NCBI GenBank assembly: GCA_023334545.1
Contig: JAADVB010000091.1
Location: forward strand, 641-64,640
Direction: 5' to 3'
Source of the DNA: Salisapilia sapeloensis CBS 127946
Taxonomy: Eukaryota; Protista; Oomycota
DNA length: 64,000 nucleotides
Shown: in pieces, positions 34,615-45,237 of the stretch
Position numbering within the stretch: position 1 is the stretch's first letter
Layout of the letters: each line of letters begins with the position of its first letter
Translations under genes and position numbers: made by a program
The notes under the pieces: model-generated
What the model was told of the DNA's origin: nothing
The model's input: the letters and a program-made list of their open reading frames with translations, nothing else
Databases searched by the model: none

Positions 34615-37061
34615 AGTAGCGAAATGGATGCATGCATTTGTAAAAGCATGATTGATCATCCAGAATTCAACATTTTGGTTTCTGACAGCACACCTTAATT
34701 GAGACTTCTTGCACTATTCGGTGGAACTACTACCTTTACCCCGATAGATTCTCAGAGTATGCTTAAGCCTTGACTCGAAGAACGATTTAATCTGGATACA
34801 TTTCATCCCTTCGACTTTTACCTAAAGTTAATCGAAGAAGGATACGAGTTAATCAGTATTCACGAGATTAAATGAAGCAATTTGTTTTGACTTTATGTGC
34901 TGGTTTCTAAGTTACCACCCACACCATTCTTGCCGAAAGAAAAGATAATCCATGTACTAGTTGATCATTTGGAAGCATTCAATCATTGCAACTGCGGTTG
35001 TAATGGAGGATTAAAAGATATCAATTTAATGGTTAATATAAGTTGATACGTCATGAAGCATTTCTGACCAGCGTAATTTCGGCGAAACGTGGAAGAACAA
35101 AACCACTACATGTTGCGGGAGTTGAGAAGAAAAGGAGAGCTGCTTCTATCAAGTAATTATGTATAAATTCTAGTGCATAATTCGAAAACAGACACGTGAG
35201 TTTACTCTAGATTCAGTGAACTTCGCCTTTGCCTGCTTTCATCAAGATACGCATAAAGTTGTAACTAATTGTTAACTAACATGGTAATGGCCATTTATAA
35301 TCGCTTAAGATTGGGGGATGCGGTAATGATGGATGCTCATAGGGGTGTATGTACGAGATGGCGGTGGGAAGATACCTGATGGTTCTACTCAAACTTTCCT
35401 ATGGCAGTTCATTGAATCTCTAGACTTGAATTGCCAGACCTCTATCATGTATATTTTAGGCTGCCAAAAATGAATTACCGAGAAATAGAATACAAAGAGG
35501 ACTTCGCGGAGCAGTACTCAGAACGATAGCAGTAAGGTAATCTTATTAGTTTCTCGGTATATTTTCAAGGATAACGGATGGAAAAGGAGCATGACTGCCG
35601 TCTAAAGGCTTTTCGTGTTGGACAGTGTATTTCTCAGTTATTTGTTATCTTCTCTTCTTTATCTGCACATATCCATCGTAATCCTCTCGGACCTTTCGGC
35701 TATCTTTCTAGCTTAATGTTACATCCGCTCTTACTTTCAAGCCTTGAACAAAACTGCCCATTCTCCGATCTCCCACAGCGCGCGCAACCGACAACCAGCA
35801 ACCCGCGCTCAACGTGCAAGACCTCCGGGGAGGTCGGGTCTTCCTGGAGGTCACTTCTTCGCCAAAGTGTGCCGGTCAACCGGACGGAGCTCGAAGTATG
35901 ACTGATATGTCTTGCATTTAACAAAACTAGCAAGGCAATTTGAAGGAGTCGACATACAAAGGCAGCTGACAATTGACGTTTCGACGACCGAAATGAACTG
36001 AAGAAGATGCACGGAGCGAAGATATGCGAGCCCTAAGGTGGGACGGTTGGAGATATACATATGAAAAAGGAGACGTCGGCGGTATTTTGAGGGATTCATG
36101 TGGGCGAAAAGCTATGCGTAGCCGTCTACACCCATATGTTGTTGAGCACATACGGGAGACCAGTATGGATGCCAATGCTCTTTTTTCGCTTAGATTAGCT
36201 GGTAGTCGATGAATTTAAACGGAAATGACAATACCTGATATGACTTCCACTTGGCCGATCGTTGCATGTCAATGTTCGCGATCTTGAAAAGTGATCGTAT
36301 TTGCAACTACCTAAAGGAAACTCTGGTCACCGTTAAAGTCTCCAAGTTAACCCATATCCTGTACACGCTCCTGGAATTGAGCTGAGGGAAGCAAGTAGCA
36401 CGCAGAGCGGAGCATAGGAGCAAGGATTATACTGCCCGCACACCAGCTGGAAACAGTGTTCGGTGAGATAAAGAAGTGCATGTGACAATAGTATAAAGCC
36501 TAGATTGCTATCGCGCAAAGAGAAACGGAAAGCGTGTACGCAACTCCCGACTTCACACCGTCAGTAAACCATTCATATTTTAGTCCAAAATCGCTTTGCA
36601 TTCTCAATTTCTTTTGGTGTTTCAAAGTTGAAACCCCTCCACCTCTTCCTTGAAGCTCCTATAATCCGACCCGTCACCTTGCTTAACGTGGCATAAAACT
36701 CCTATGCATTCTAGTAGACTGCTCTCGACGAAAAGATCGCAATCCCAGTCTGCATCCTGCCACTCACTTGTCATTTGTATGCATTCTTCGACGCCAGTTT
36801 TACCCCACGAAAAACCTCACTGTCGGTCGTGAGGTTATTTGGAAGTCTCCAAAGGTCAAAAAGCGAAAGAAAAAGAGAGCTCCGGGCAGGCGCTTGCTCT
36901 ACTTGCCTTCGAGTCCTAGCAGTGCCACTACCTCTGCCCTCTTTCTACGCTCGCACAACCGCAGTCGAGTCCACCTTTATAAAAACACTGGTGGCACTAC
37001 CTCGCTCTCGCTCGAGCGTCGACGACTGTTCATCGTACCATTTTCAAAAACCCACGAAAAA

Positions 37062-38578
37062 ATGGCGCGAGAAGTGCAACCGGTCCGGAAAGCGGACTCG
37101 GTCGAAGAGCCTGCCGACAGCGCGCTAGCAGCCTTTACAAGAGGCTTTACGAACACTCTCACCTATATCAACAAGGTACATTTTGTCTCTTATCTCTCTA
37201 GTCAGCAACCGCGCCGACGCGGTTTTCGCGCGCGAAGCGTGAAAACATGTTGTGCTCGCTATGATCGGGACGGTCGCTTACACACTGTATGATATAGACA
37301 CATCGTAGTCGCCACGCCGCACAGGTCAAGCCAGCAGCTAAAAAGTCGAGAAAGATTCGATTTCCGATCGCTGGGGCAGAGAAACTGCTTCTTCAGGAAC
37401 GATACCAAGTGTGTGGAGACGATGTCATCGGACAGGTACATTGCAAGTATTCTTATGGTGTATTCATTCATCTTACAGCATGCTAGGGTACCTTTGGCAA
37501 GGTGTTGAAAGGCTTTGACACGAAGAGACGCAAGGACGTGGCCATCAAGATGGTGGACAATGCCCAGTTCAGTGACAACGTCCGGATCGAGTCGGAGCTC
37601 ATTCCGATGCTGCACCAACAACCTCATCGAGGGCGGAATTACATTGGTGAGATGTGGGACGTCTTCACGTACAAGGGCTTCTCGTGTCTCGTCTTTGAGA
37701 TGCTAGGGGACAATTTATACTCGATTCTCAAGAAAAACAAGTTCCGAGGTCTCAACCTAAAGGAAGTATGTACCATCGCCAAGCACATTCTCCAGGCGCT
37801 CGAACTACTGGCTCTACCAAGTGTCAACGTTGTTCACTGCGACTTGAAACCGGAGAACATCCTCGTGCGAGTACCGAATCAAGACCGGATGAAGCTCATT
37901 GACTTTGGAAGCAGTCGAATAAACGACGGTCAGTGCCAATCGTACGTCCAAAGTCGATACTATCGAGCGCCAGAAGTGTTACTAGGACTAAAATTCTCCA
38001 AAGCGATTGACATTTGGAGCCTTGGGTGCACACTCGTGGAGCTGCACACTGGCCACCCGCTCTTTGGTGGTGACGACCGTTTCGACCAGATGCGCTTGAT
38101 TGAACAATTGCTCGGTCATTTCCCTCGAGATATGGTCGAACAGGCGAGTAAAGAGCCTCGACATTGTTTCCACCAGGCAGTCAACGCCGAAGGGTCGGGA
38201 GAAGTTATGTATGAAGTACGCGCACCGAAGAAAGCGTACAACACAATCGTCGGTGGCAAAGTGAGTGACGACAGATTAAGTCTCTGGAGCGTATTGGCAA
38301 CGCACAAGTGCGTTCCTGGTGGCATCCACGCGCGAGGTCCGCAGGACACGTACCATACGGCATCGAATTACGAACTGTTTGTGGACTTGTTATCGAAAAT
38401 GATTCGGTACCATCCGGAAGACCGAATCACACCTACAGAAGCATTGAACCACGCCTTCTTCAACATGCTACGAAGGCGGCGTGGCGTAGCGATCGCTAGT
38501 CGACACATGCGTCTACGTTCCGACGACGCGTATGAACGCCCGAGCAAGGCGCGTCGGGTGGTGGAAAGGAGTCGATGA
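37062..38578 (+). CDS. DYRK-family (CMGC) protein kinase, 3 exons
   Basis: IGQ|GTFGKV, VAIK, HCDLKPENIL, DFGSS and SYVQSRYYRAPEVLLG. Confidence 0.92.
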
Positions 38579-38739
38579 GAAACTTGCGTGTCCAATGAAC
38601 CTAAGTTATCAAAAATGTCCGATCGAGTGGTAGGACCATGTACCTCGTACGGAAGGAGTAGGAGGGAGCAAGTGAAAAAAAAATTGTTTCGAGAGCTGAC
38701 TTTTATTTGGATGTCCACCAGCAATCCGGGTCGGACGAC

Positions 38740-39141
38740 TTAGTTGTCACCCTGACGCTTGAGGTAGTCGAGCAGCACGTTAAGCGCGTGGCTCTCCTCA
38801 CCAAAGTCCGTGATGACGGCGCACGAAGCCGACACGACCTTGCGGGCCTCACCTTCAGCGTCGATCTTGCACAGACCGCACCACTCGCCAAGCTGCTTGG
38901 CCGTCGGGACGAGGATGAGGTTGACGCCGTGCTCTTCGCAAAGGGCGCGAACGAGCTTAGAGTAGCTAGGCTCGTCGCAGTCCTGCGCGAGGCAGCAGAG
39001 ACGGGCGCGACGCGAGTCGAGCGCCTTGGCGGCCTCGTGCAGTCCACGCTTGAGTCCGTCGTGGATGAGCGCCTTCTTCAAGACCTCCTTCAACGCGTCC
39101 ATTTCGCCAAGCTCCTTCGGGGTCTCCGCTTCCTCTGCCAT
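38740..39141 (-). CDS. RPS12: 40S ribosomal protein S12 (eS12)
   Basis: [27 protein letters not shown] and [20 protein letters not shown]. Confidence 0.98.
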   Translation of the reverse strand: MAEEAETPKELGEMDALKEVLKKALIHDGLKRGLHEAAKALDSRRARLCCLAQDCDEPSYSKLVRALCEEHGVNLILVPTAKQLGEWCGLCKIDAEGEARKVVSASCAVITDFGEESHALNVLLDYLKRQGDN

Positions 39142-39177
39142 TGTTATGATCTAAAAAGGTTCTTGTAGGTGTCCTCA

Positions 39178-39194
39178 GAAGATAGAGAAATGGC
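39178..39194 (-). promoter_or_regulatory. Candidate Inr+FPR core promoter of RPS12
   Basis: The minus strand reads GCCATTTCTCTATCTTC, ~37-53 nt upstream of the ATG, similar to the oomycete GCTCATTY-NNN-WTTY motif. Confidence 0.45.
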
Positions 39195-39304
39195 ATGCAC
39201 TCAACTTGATCGGCAGCAGATCGATTGGTCAGCAAAGCGTTTCCTATTTCATACCTAAAACGAGCAAATTAAATATTTTTTACATGACACACACCACTTT
39301 AAAC

Positions 39305-41187
39305 ATGCATGCGATACGGAAGGTATTCCAGGCAGCGTCGAGGTCGAATACGACTTGTCGTCTCGCGAGAGGCTTTCAAGTCTATGTCGGACAGCAGACG
39401 CAGAGTTTGCGAGAGATGCAAGGGAACTTTGTTTGGGAACCGGACGTCGAGTTACTGGATGAGCATATTAGTCGCAACTGGACGCAGAATGAGCCGAGTT
39501 TAAATGAACTCATTCGAGAAGATCTGCCGGAAGCACGAGAACTCTTCCGCAATGTCCTGCAGCAATATTATCGTAACGATATGGGCATGTGGAATAAATG
39601 GGCAGTCATGGTACGTTTACATCCTTTATCTTTATCGTCATCCTGCTTATGCGTCATATATAGGAATGGAAAGCAGGAAACTTTGATCTAGCTCGAATGA
39701 TCTTCAAACGAGGCGCTAAGATCAGCTTCAGTCCAGAGTTGTGGCAGTCCTGGGCATCCATGGAAGTCCAAGTGGGGAATCATGCCGAGGCCAGACGACT
39801 CTACAAGACGATCTTGGCCACTAATCCAGACGATCCGATGGCTGGACTCGGTATGGCGCTCTTAGAGAGTGAGTCTGGGCAACAGGAAAAAGCGAGAGAG
39901 ATGCTGGAAGAACTGTACGAGCAACATCCAGAGGACGTGAACATTTTACAGGTCTTTGGTGTCTTCGAAGCCAGACGTCAGGACTTGCCTCGAGCTAGAG
40001 AGCTCTTCCTCGAAGCTACGCGTCTACCGGATGCCACACCAAAAGTCTGGCATGCATGGGCCAAGGCAGAGTACGACCACGGGAACTATGAAGATGCGAT
40101 TGAGGTCGTCGAACTAGCATCCACACCATTTCCTATGAATAAATGGATCGCTCTCATCGGAGCCATGGCCCACTTTAAGCTCGGTAACGTCTACGCTGCT
40201 CGACGAGGCTTCCGTCGACTGACAGACGGAGCCAACTACGTCGAACCAGCAGCGTACAACGCCTTTGCACAGATGGAGCTGGAGATGGGCAACGAAGACA
40301 CGGCACTAAGTCTATACGCCGAGCTCTTGGATCGCGTCCCAGACCACCTTCCGACCATCATGTCGCTCGCGATTCTCTACCAGAAAAAAGGTCGATTGCA
40401 GCCAGCTCGACGACTCTTTGAAACCGCTCAGCGGCAACTAGCGAAAGCGAACGCACATGCTGCCATGGCAGAACTGCTCGTGGCGTGGGGAGACTTTGAA
40501 GAGCAGTTTGGCGCACTTGAAAACGCACGAGAGCTCCTGGAAGAAGCTTCCAAGCAGCAACCGACGAACACGAGTGCATGGAGAGCTCTTGCACGTGTAG
40601 AAAGCAAATTAGGAAATGTCCAAGGTGCCAGATCAGCGCTTACTCGTGCGAGTCAGCAACTGCCGAGTGAGGCGCCGTTGCTGGTGGAACTAGCCAAGAT
40701 TGAACAAAAGCACAAGAACTATAAGCAAGCACGGATCGCGCTGCAAAAGGCACTCAAGCTAGATCCGTCGCAAGCAAGTGTATGGAACATGCGGGCACTG
40801 ATAGAGCTCCCGTGGCACCCAGACCGCGCCCGAAATATCGTCGAGACGGCTCTCGGAGTGATTCCGTCGCACGAACACAAGAGCTGGAGTATCCTCATGT
40901 GCACGTACGGCCGCGCGTTTGCTCAGCTGGGTGACTTGAAGCAAGCAGTAGCGGCATTCCAACGATCATTTAAGCTTCAGCCGAAGAACTGGGAGACACA
41001 CGTGATCTACTCGGACACGGTGCTCGCGCCGAATGACGAGTGGGGGGAAGCACGCAAGCATCTCGAGGCTGCACGTCGTTTGCTCCCTCGAACGGATAAA
41101 CGTCGGGAGCGTGTGGAGAAAAAGCTTCGGGAGGCAGAGGCAAAGGATGAGGCACTCGTCTCGAGTGCCAATATCCAGGACGAGTAG
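39305..41187 (+). CDS. HAT/TPR-repeat protein with a probable mitochondrial presequence, 2 exons
   Basis: Repeated W..WA..E...G....AR motifs (WQSWASME, WHAWAKAE, LVAWGDFE, WRALARVE). The intron at 39611-39663 is phase 0, and the N-terminus is MHAIRKVFQAASRSNTTCRLAR. Confidence 0.82.
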
Positions 41188-41379
41188 AGGATCGCAAGGG
41201 AGAGAGTAAATGACTAGTGTCCATGTACTTTTGTACGATTCGTGTGTCTTGCGTGTTTCCATGTGGATCTATTTTGAATTGTCATTGATCTATGGACAGG
41301 TCATAGTCTGTATCAGTCAGAGTAGATCACTACTAGAAGGACCTAGGAGCAGGTAGATCTTTACGTAGAGGGAGCAAGC

Positions 41380-43473
41380 ATGGACGGGCTCATTCCGATC
41401 ATCAACAAGCTACAGGATGTGTTCAGTGCCATCGGACAGTCACCGATCAACCTGCCACAAATCGTGGTGATCGGCAGCCAAAGCAGTGGCAAATCGAGCG
41501 TCTTGGAGAACGTCGTCGGGCGCGACTTTCTACCGCGCGGCACGGGCATTGTCACCCGCCGACCGCTCGTGCTCCAGCTGTACACTTTAGACAGTAACAA
41601 TGAGAGTTTAGAAGGGGCCAAGGACGACCCGAACGCTGAGGAGTGGGGTGAATTCCTCCACTTGCCAGGGCAAAAGTTCACGGATTTTGAGGCGATTCGG
41701 CAGGAGATTGAAAAGGAGACGGAGCGTGCGGTCGGGAAGAACAAGGGGATCTCGAACAAGAGTATTAATCTAAAAGTCTTCTCTCCTCACGTGCTCAACT
41801 TGACGCTGGTGGATCTACCTGGCATCACTAAAGTCCCGGTGGGGGATCAACCCATGGACATTGAAGACCAGATCCGAGATATGTGCTTCGAGTTTATCTC
41901 CAACCCGAATAGTATCATCCTTGGCGTTACGTCTGCGAATACAGATCTAGCGAACTCGGACGCACTCAAGATGGCGAGGGAAGTCGATCCAGAGGGAGAG
42001 AGGACAGTCGGCGTCTTGACGAAGCTTGACCTCATGGACGACGGAACGGACGCTCTGGAGATGCTCCAAGGACGTGTCATTCCACTTAAAAGAGGCTTCG
42101 TCGGTGTTGTGAACCGCAGTCAAGCCGACATTAAATCCGGTCTGAGCATTCGGGCGAGTCTGGAGAAGGAGGAAAAGTTCTTCCAGAGCCACCCAGCCTA
42201 CCGTGGCATGGCCACACGCATGGGCACCAATTTCCTCAGTCGTCAGTTGAACACGATCCTCATGCACCACATCCGAGACACTTTGCCGGAGATTAAATCC
42301 AAGATCAGTACCATGCTAAGCGACTTAGAGAACGAGATGGGCGAGATGGGCGGACCTACGACGGACATGAGCTCTGCTGACTTGGGCGGGACGCTACTGA
42401 CGCTTTTGAGCCACTTTAGTGCCAACTTCACCGACAGTCTCGACGGCCGTCACCACTCGCTGAACGGCGTTGAGATGAACGAGCTCTACGGAGGTGCTCG
42501 CATCAGCTACATTTTCAACGAAGTCTTTGCGAAAGCGTTGTTGGAAGTCGATCCGTTCGATACACTAAGCGACGAAGACATCCGTACGACGATTCGGAAC
42601 GCAAATGGACCGAGGCAGTCGCTTTTCGTGCCAGAAGTGAGCTTTGAGATCCTCGCGAGACGCCAGATTGAGCGTCTGGAGCAGCCTGGACTGCAATGTG
42701 CCGACCTGGTCTTTGATGAGCTCCAGCGCGTGACGTCGCAGTGTGAGACGATGGAGCTCTCTCGCTTCCCGTCGCTCCGAGATCGAGTGATTGAAGTGGT
42801 GAACGGCATGCTACGTACGGCTCTAGCGCCGACGCAAGCGATGATCCAGAACCTCGTCAAGGTGGAGCTGGCGTACATTAACACCAACCACCCGGACTTT
42901 ATCGGCGGCAGTCGAGCCGTCGCGCAGCTCATGGAGCGACTTCAGCGGGAGAACATGAATAGTGCTAGTGGTGGAGGACAGCCGAATCCAACGGAAGTAG
43001 CGAACACGCGTCGACCGGCGGACAATGGTCAGAAAGAGGAAAACCAGGGCTTTATGTCCTACCTGTTCAATTCGAACTCTGGCAATGGCAAACGCAAGCA
43101 TGAGAACAAGAGCGGTGTGGTCAAATTGCCACAAGTGCCAGTGAGCATGCGTCAGTCGGAAGAACCGACGGATCGGGAGCGTATTGAGACGGAGATTATC
43201 AAGAGTTTGCTAGCGAGTTACTTTGATATCGTCCGGAAGAACTTTTTGGATCTCGTCCCGAAAGCCATTATGAGCTTCATGGTCCAATTCGCCAAGGATA
43301 ATGTCCAGAATGAACTCGTCGGGGCGCTGTATAAAGGAGAGAAATTGCCGGAGCTGATGCAAGAAGCGTCGGACGTCGCCACGCGCCGAGCGAACTGCAA
43401 GGAGATGCAGGCACTGCTCAAACGCGCGCTTGAGATCGTGAATGAAGTCCGTGACTTTAACACGTTCAAATAA
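41380..43473 (+). CDS. DRP1: Dynamin-related protein (Drp1/Dnm1/Vps1 class, no PH or PRD domain)
   Basis: GSQSSGKSS, TRRP, DLPG and TKLD GTPase motifs; ELYGGARI and YINTNHPDF; C-terminal GED (SYFDIVRK...VPKAIM). Confidence 0.95.
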   Translation: MDGLIPIINKLQDVFSAIGQSPINLPQIVVIGSQSSGKSSVLENVVGRDFLPRGTGIVTRRPLVLQLYTLDSNNESLEGAKDDPNAEEWGEFLHLPGQKFTDFEAIRQEIEKETERAVGKNKGISNKSINLKVFSPHVLNLTLVDLPGITKVPVGDQPMDIEDQIRDMCFEFISNPNSIILGVTSANTDLANSDALKMAREVDPEGERTVGVLTKLDLMDDGTDALEMLQGRVIPLKRGFVGVVNRSQADIKSGLSIRASLEKEEKFFQSHPAYRGMATRMGTNFLSRQLNTILMHHIRDTLPEIKSKISTMLSDLENEMGEMGGPTTDMSSADLGGTLLTLLSHFSANFTDSLDGRHHSLNGVEMNELYGGARISYIFNEVFAKALLEVDPFDTLSDEDIRTTIRNANGPRQSLFVPEVSFEILARRQIERLEQPGLQCADLVFDELQRVTSQCETMELSRFPSLRDRVIEVVNGMLRTALAPTQAMIQNLVKVELAYINTNHPDFIGGSRAVAQLMERLQRENMNSASGGGQPNPTEVANTRRPADNGQKEENQGFMSYLFNSNSGNGKRKHENKSGVVKLPQVPVSMRQSEEPTDRERIETEIIKSLLASYFDIVRKNFLDLVPKAIMSFMVQFAKDNVQNELVGALYKGEKLPELMQEASDVATRRANCKEMQALLKRALEIVNEVRDFNTFK

Positions 43474-43495
43474 AAGCAAATTCGTTTCGTTTTTC

Positions 43496-43858
43496 TTAAA
43501 GGTCTCGCACTTTGATGTCTAACCGCTCTTCGTACGACTGATTCTTCTTCTCTTGCTTTTGCTTCGACGCGAGGTACCCGCCACCGGCTAAAGCGACGAT
43601 CGTGCCGGCTTGAGCGACTACACGCAGCTGCATAAAGATGTTGCTCAGCTTGGACCGGCCTTGGCCAAACGCAGCAAGGCCGCCGACCAGCACGCCGGTC
43701 GTTGCCATGCAGCCGAGAGGAACCAACGGATCTTCTTTAACGCGATCCCAGAAGGACTTCTTGCCATTTTTCATCCAGCTGAAGTCACCGGGAGCTGGTA
43801 GATCATCGCGCTTCTTCTTTTCGGGAGCTGGTAGGTCCTCTCGCTTCGCTTCGCTCAT
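43496..43858 (-). CDS. HIG1-domain mitochondrial protein (Rcf1/HIGD2-like)
   Basis: KEDPLVPLGCMAT...LVGGL...SNIFMQLRVVAQAGTI. The probable start is MSEAKRED at 43858. Confidence 0.9.
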   Translation of the reverse strand: MSEAKREDLPAPEKKKRDDLPAPGDFSWMKNGKKSFWDRVKEDPLVPLGCMATTGVLVGGLAAFGQGRSKLSNIFMQLRVVAQAGTIVALAGGGYLASKQKQEKKNQSYEERLDIKVRDL

Positions 43859-45237
43859 GCTATTTAGCAGCGATGTCAATTTGATTGTCAAGCACCAGGC
43901 ATTAAAATAAAGTATGCTTCGGCTACTATCAACAATGGCCTTTTCGTGCCAATTTAGTACGTTTCTGGCCAAAGTGAATGTCGGTGCGGAAAGGAATGAT
44001 TGCTGTTGAGGTGGTTGAATGACCGAGAAACGGAAACTTGGGCTGGACTGCGTTGTACGAACAATCAGCAAGCAAAGGCATTGAGCTTATATACATGATA
44101 ATTGACAATGCACCATTAAAGTTGGCGAAGACTAGTTAATATAGGAAAGATACAGGATACAGTACAGAGAGGTGAACTAAGTGGAGGATAAGTTGAATCT
44201 GATCTCGCCGGACGATATTCTAGGTATGGCCATGAATCAATAATGGAAAAGGCCACGATCCTTTTCGCAGCGGCAGGTTTGTTTCGCAACGGACGATCCT
44301 CACAATGTGCCAGATACCGGCCAATTCGTAGAGCTACCGTCTATAGCTGGCGATCATACGCTGCCTATAGTCATTTGCACGGTATCAAGCCATCGATTCT
44401 TATATTTCGCTAATCATTGCTATATCTCAAATATCTATAAACGCGATCATGATACTTGTCACAAGCCTTATAGCATTTGAAACGTCCGAGTGTCTTTTTA
44501 CTGGAACTTCTTACGGATCATACATCCCATCGCTGCCAATATCTATGTTCACAATCAAGTATGTGTATTTGAATCTGCTTGATTTGCTGTGATAATCCAA
44601 TCGTCCCGCTAAGAGAACACTACTGTTGTGAGTCAGTCCAATTACAAGCTATGGATAGATGCATCCACATTTCCAGAAGGGTACAAGCATAGGAAATGAG
44701 TACTGCAAAGGTAAATTTAAAACGTCAGTAGTCTGTGCTGCATTTGATTCCATCTCTAGTCACTACTAAACTATATTTATTTTCGGATTGCCCAATAGAG
44801 ACCACTGTATTCACACTGCTAAACTACATGATGAAGATTATCTCGGCTGGTATGCTTGAGACAGCTACGTAAACTAAACCATCCGCAGTCTTAAATGAAC
44901 TGCTAGCTGCAGCGGGCAATTGCTTGTGATTCGAACCGCAAGAGCAGATTCGATCGTGATACTTTTCCCAGCAGAGATCCCGAAGTTACCTTTGGACCGA
45001 CAGCAATCTCGTGGCAACATATCACAAGAATTAAGCGGTTTGGTCGCTTCATTCCATAAACTATCCCATCAAAAGGATACTACCAAGAAACAACGATGAA
45101 GTGAGCTATCACAAGCAAGCTGTCTTCGCTCTTTGTTTGACTCGCACCCGATGGCATGTACAGAGACCAGGTTCTCTTATACGAGGGTGGGTATCACAAC
45201 GTCACCAACGAATCGCCACGAAATACTTCAGCAAGGG

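Noticed and set aside
45071-45080. U12-type donor-like sequence GTATCCTTTT on the minus strand
   Set aside because: There is no TCCTTAAC branch site or host reading frame downstream, and a single 9-mer match is expected by chance in 128 kb of two-strand sequence.
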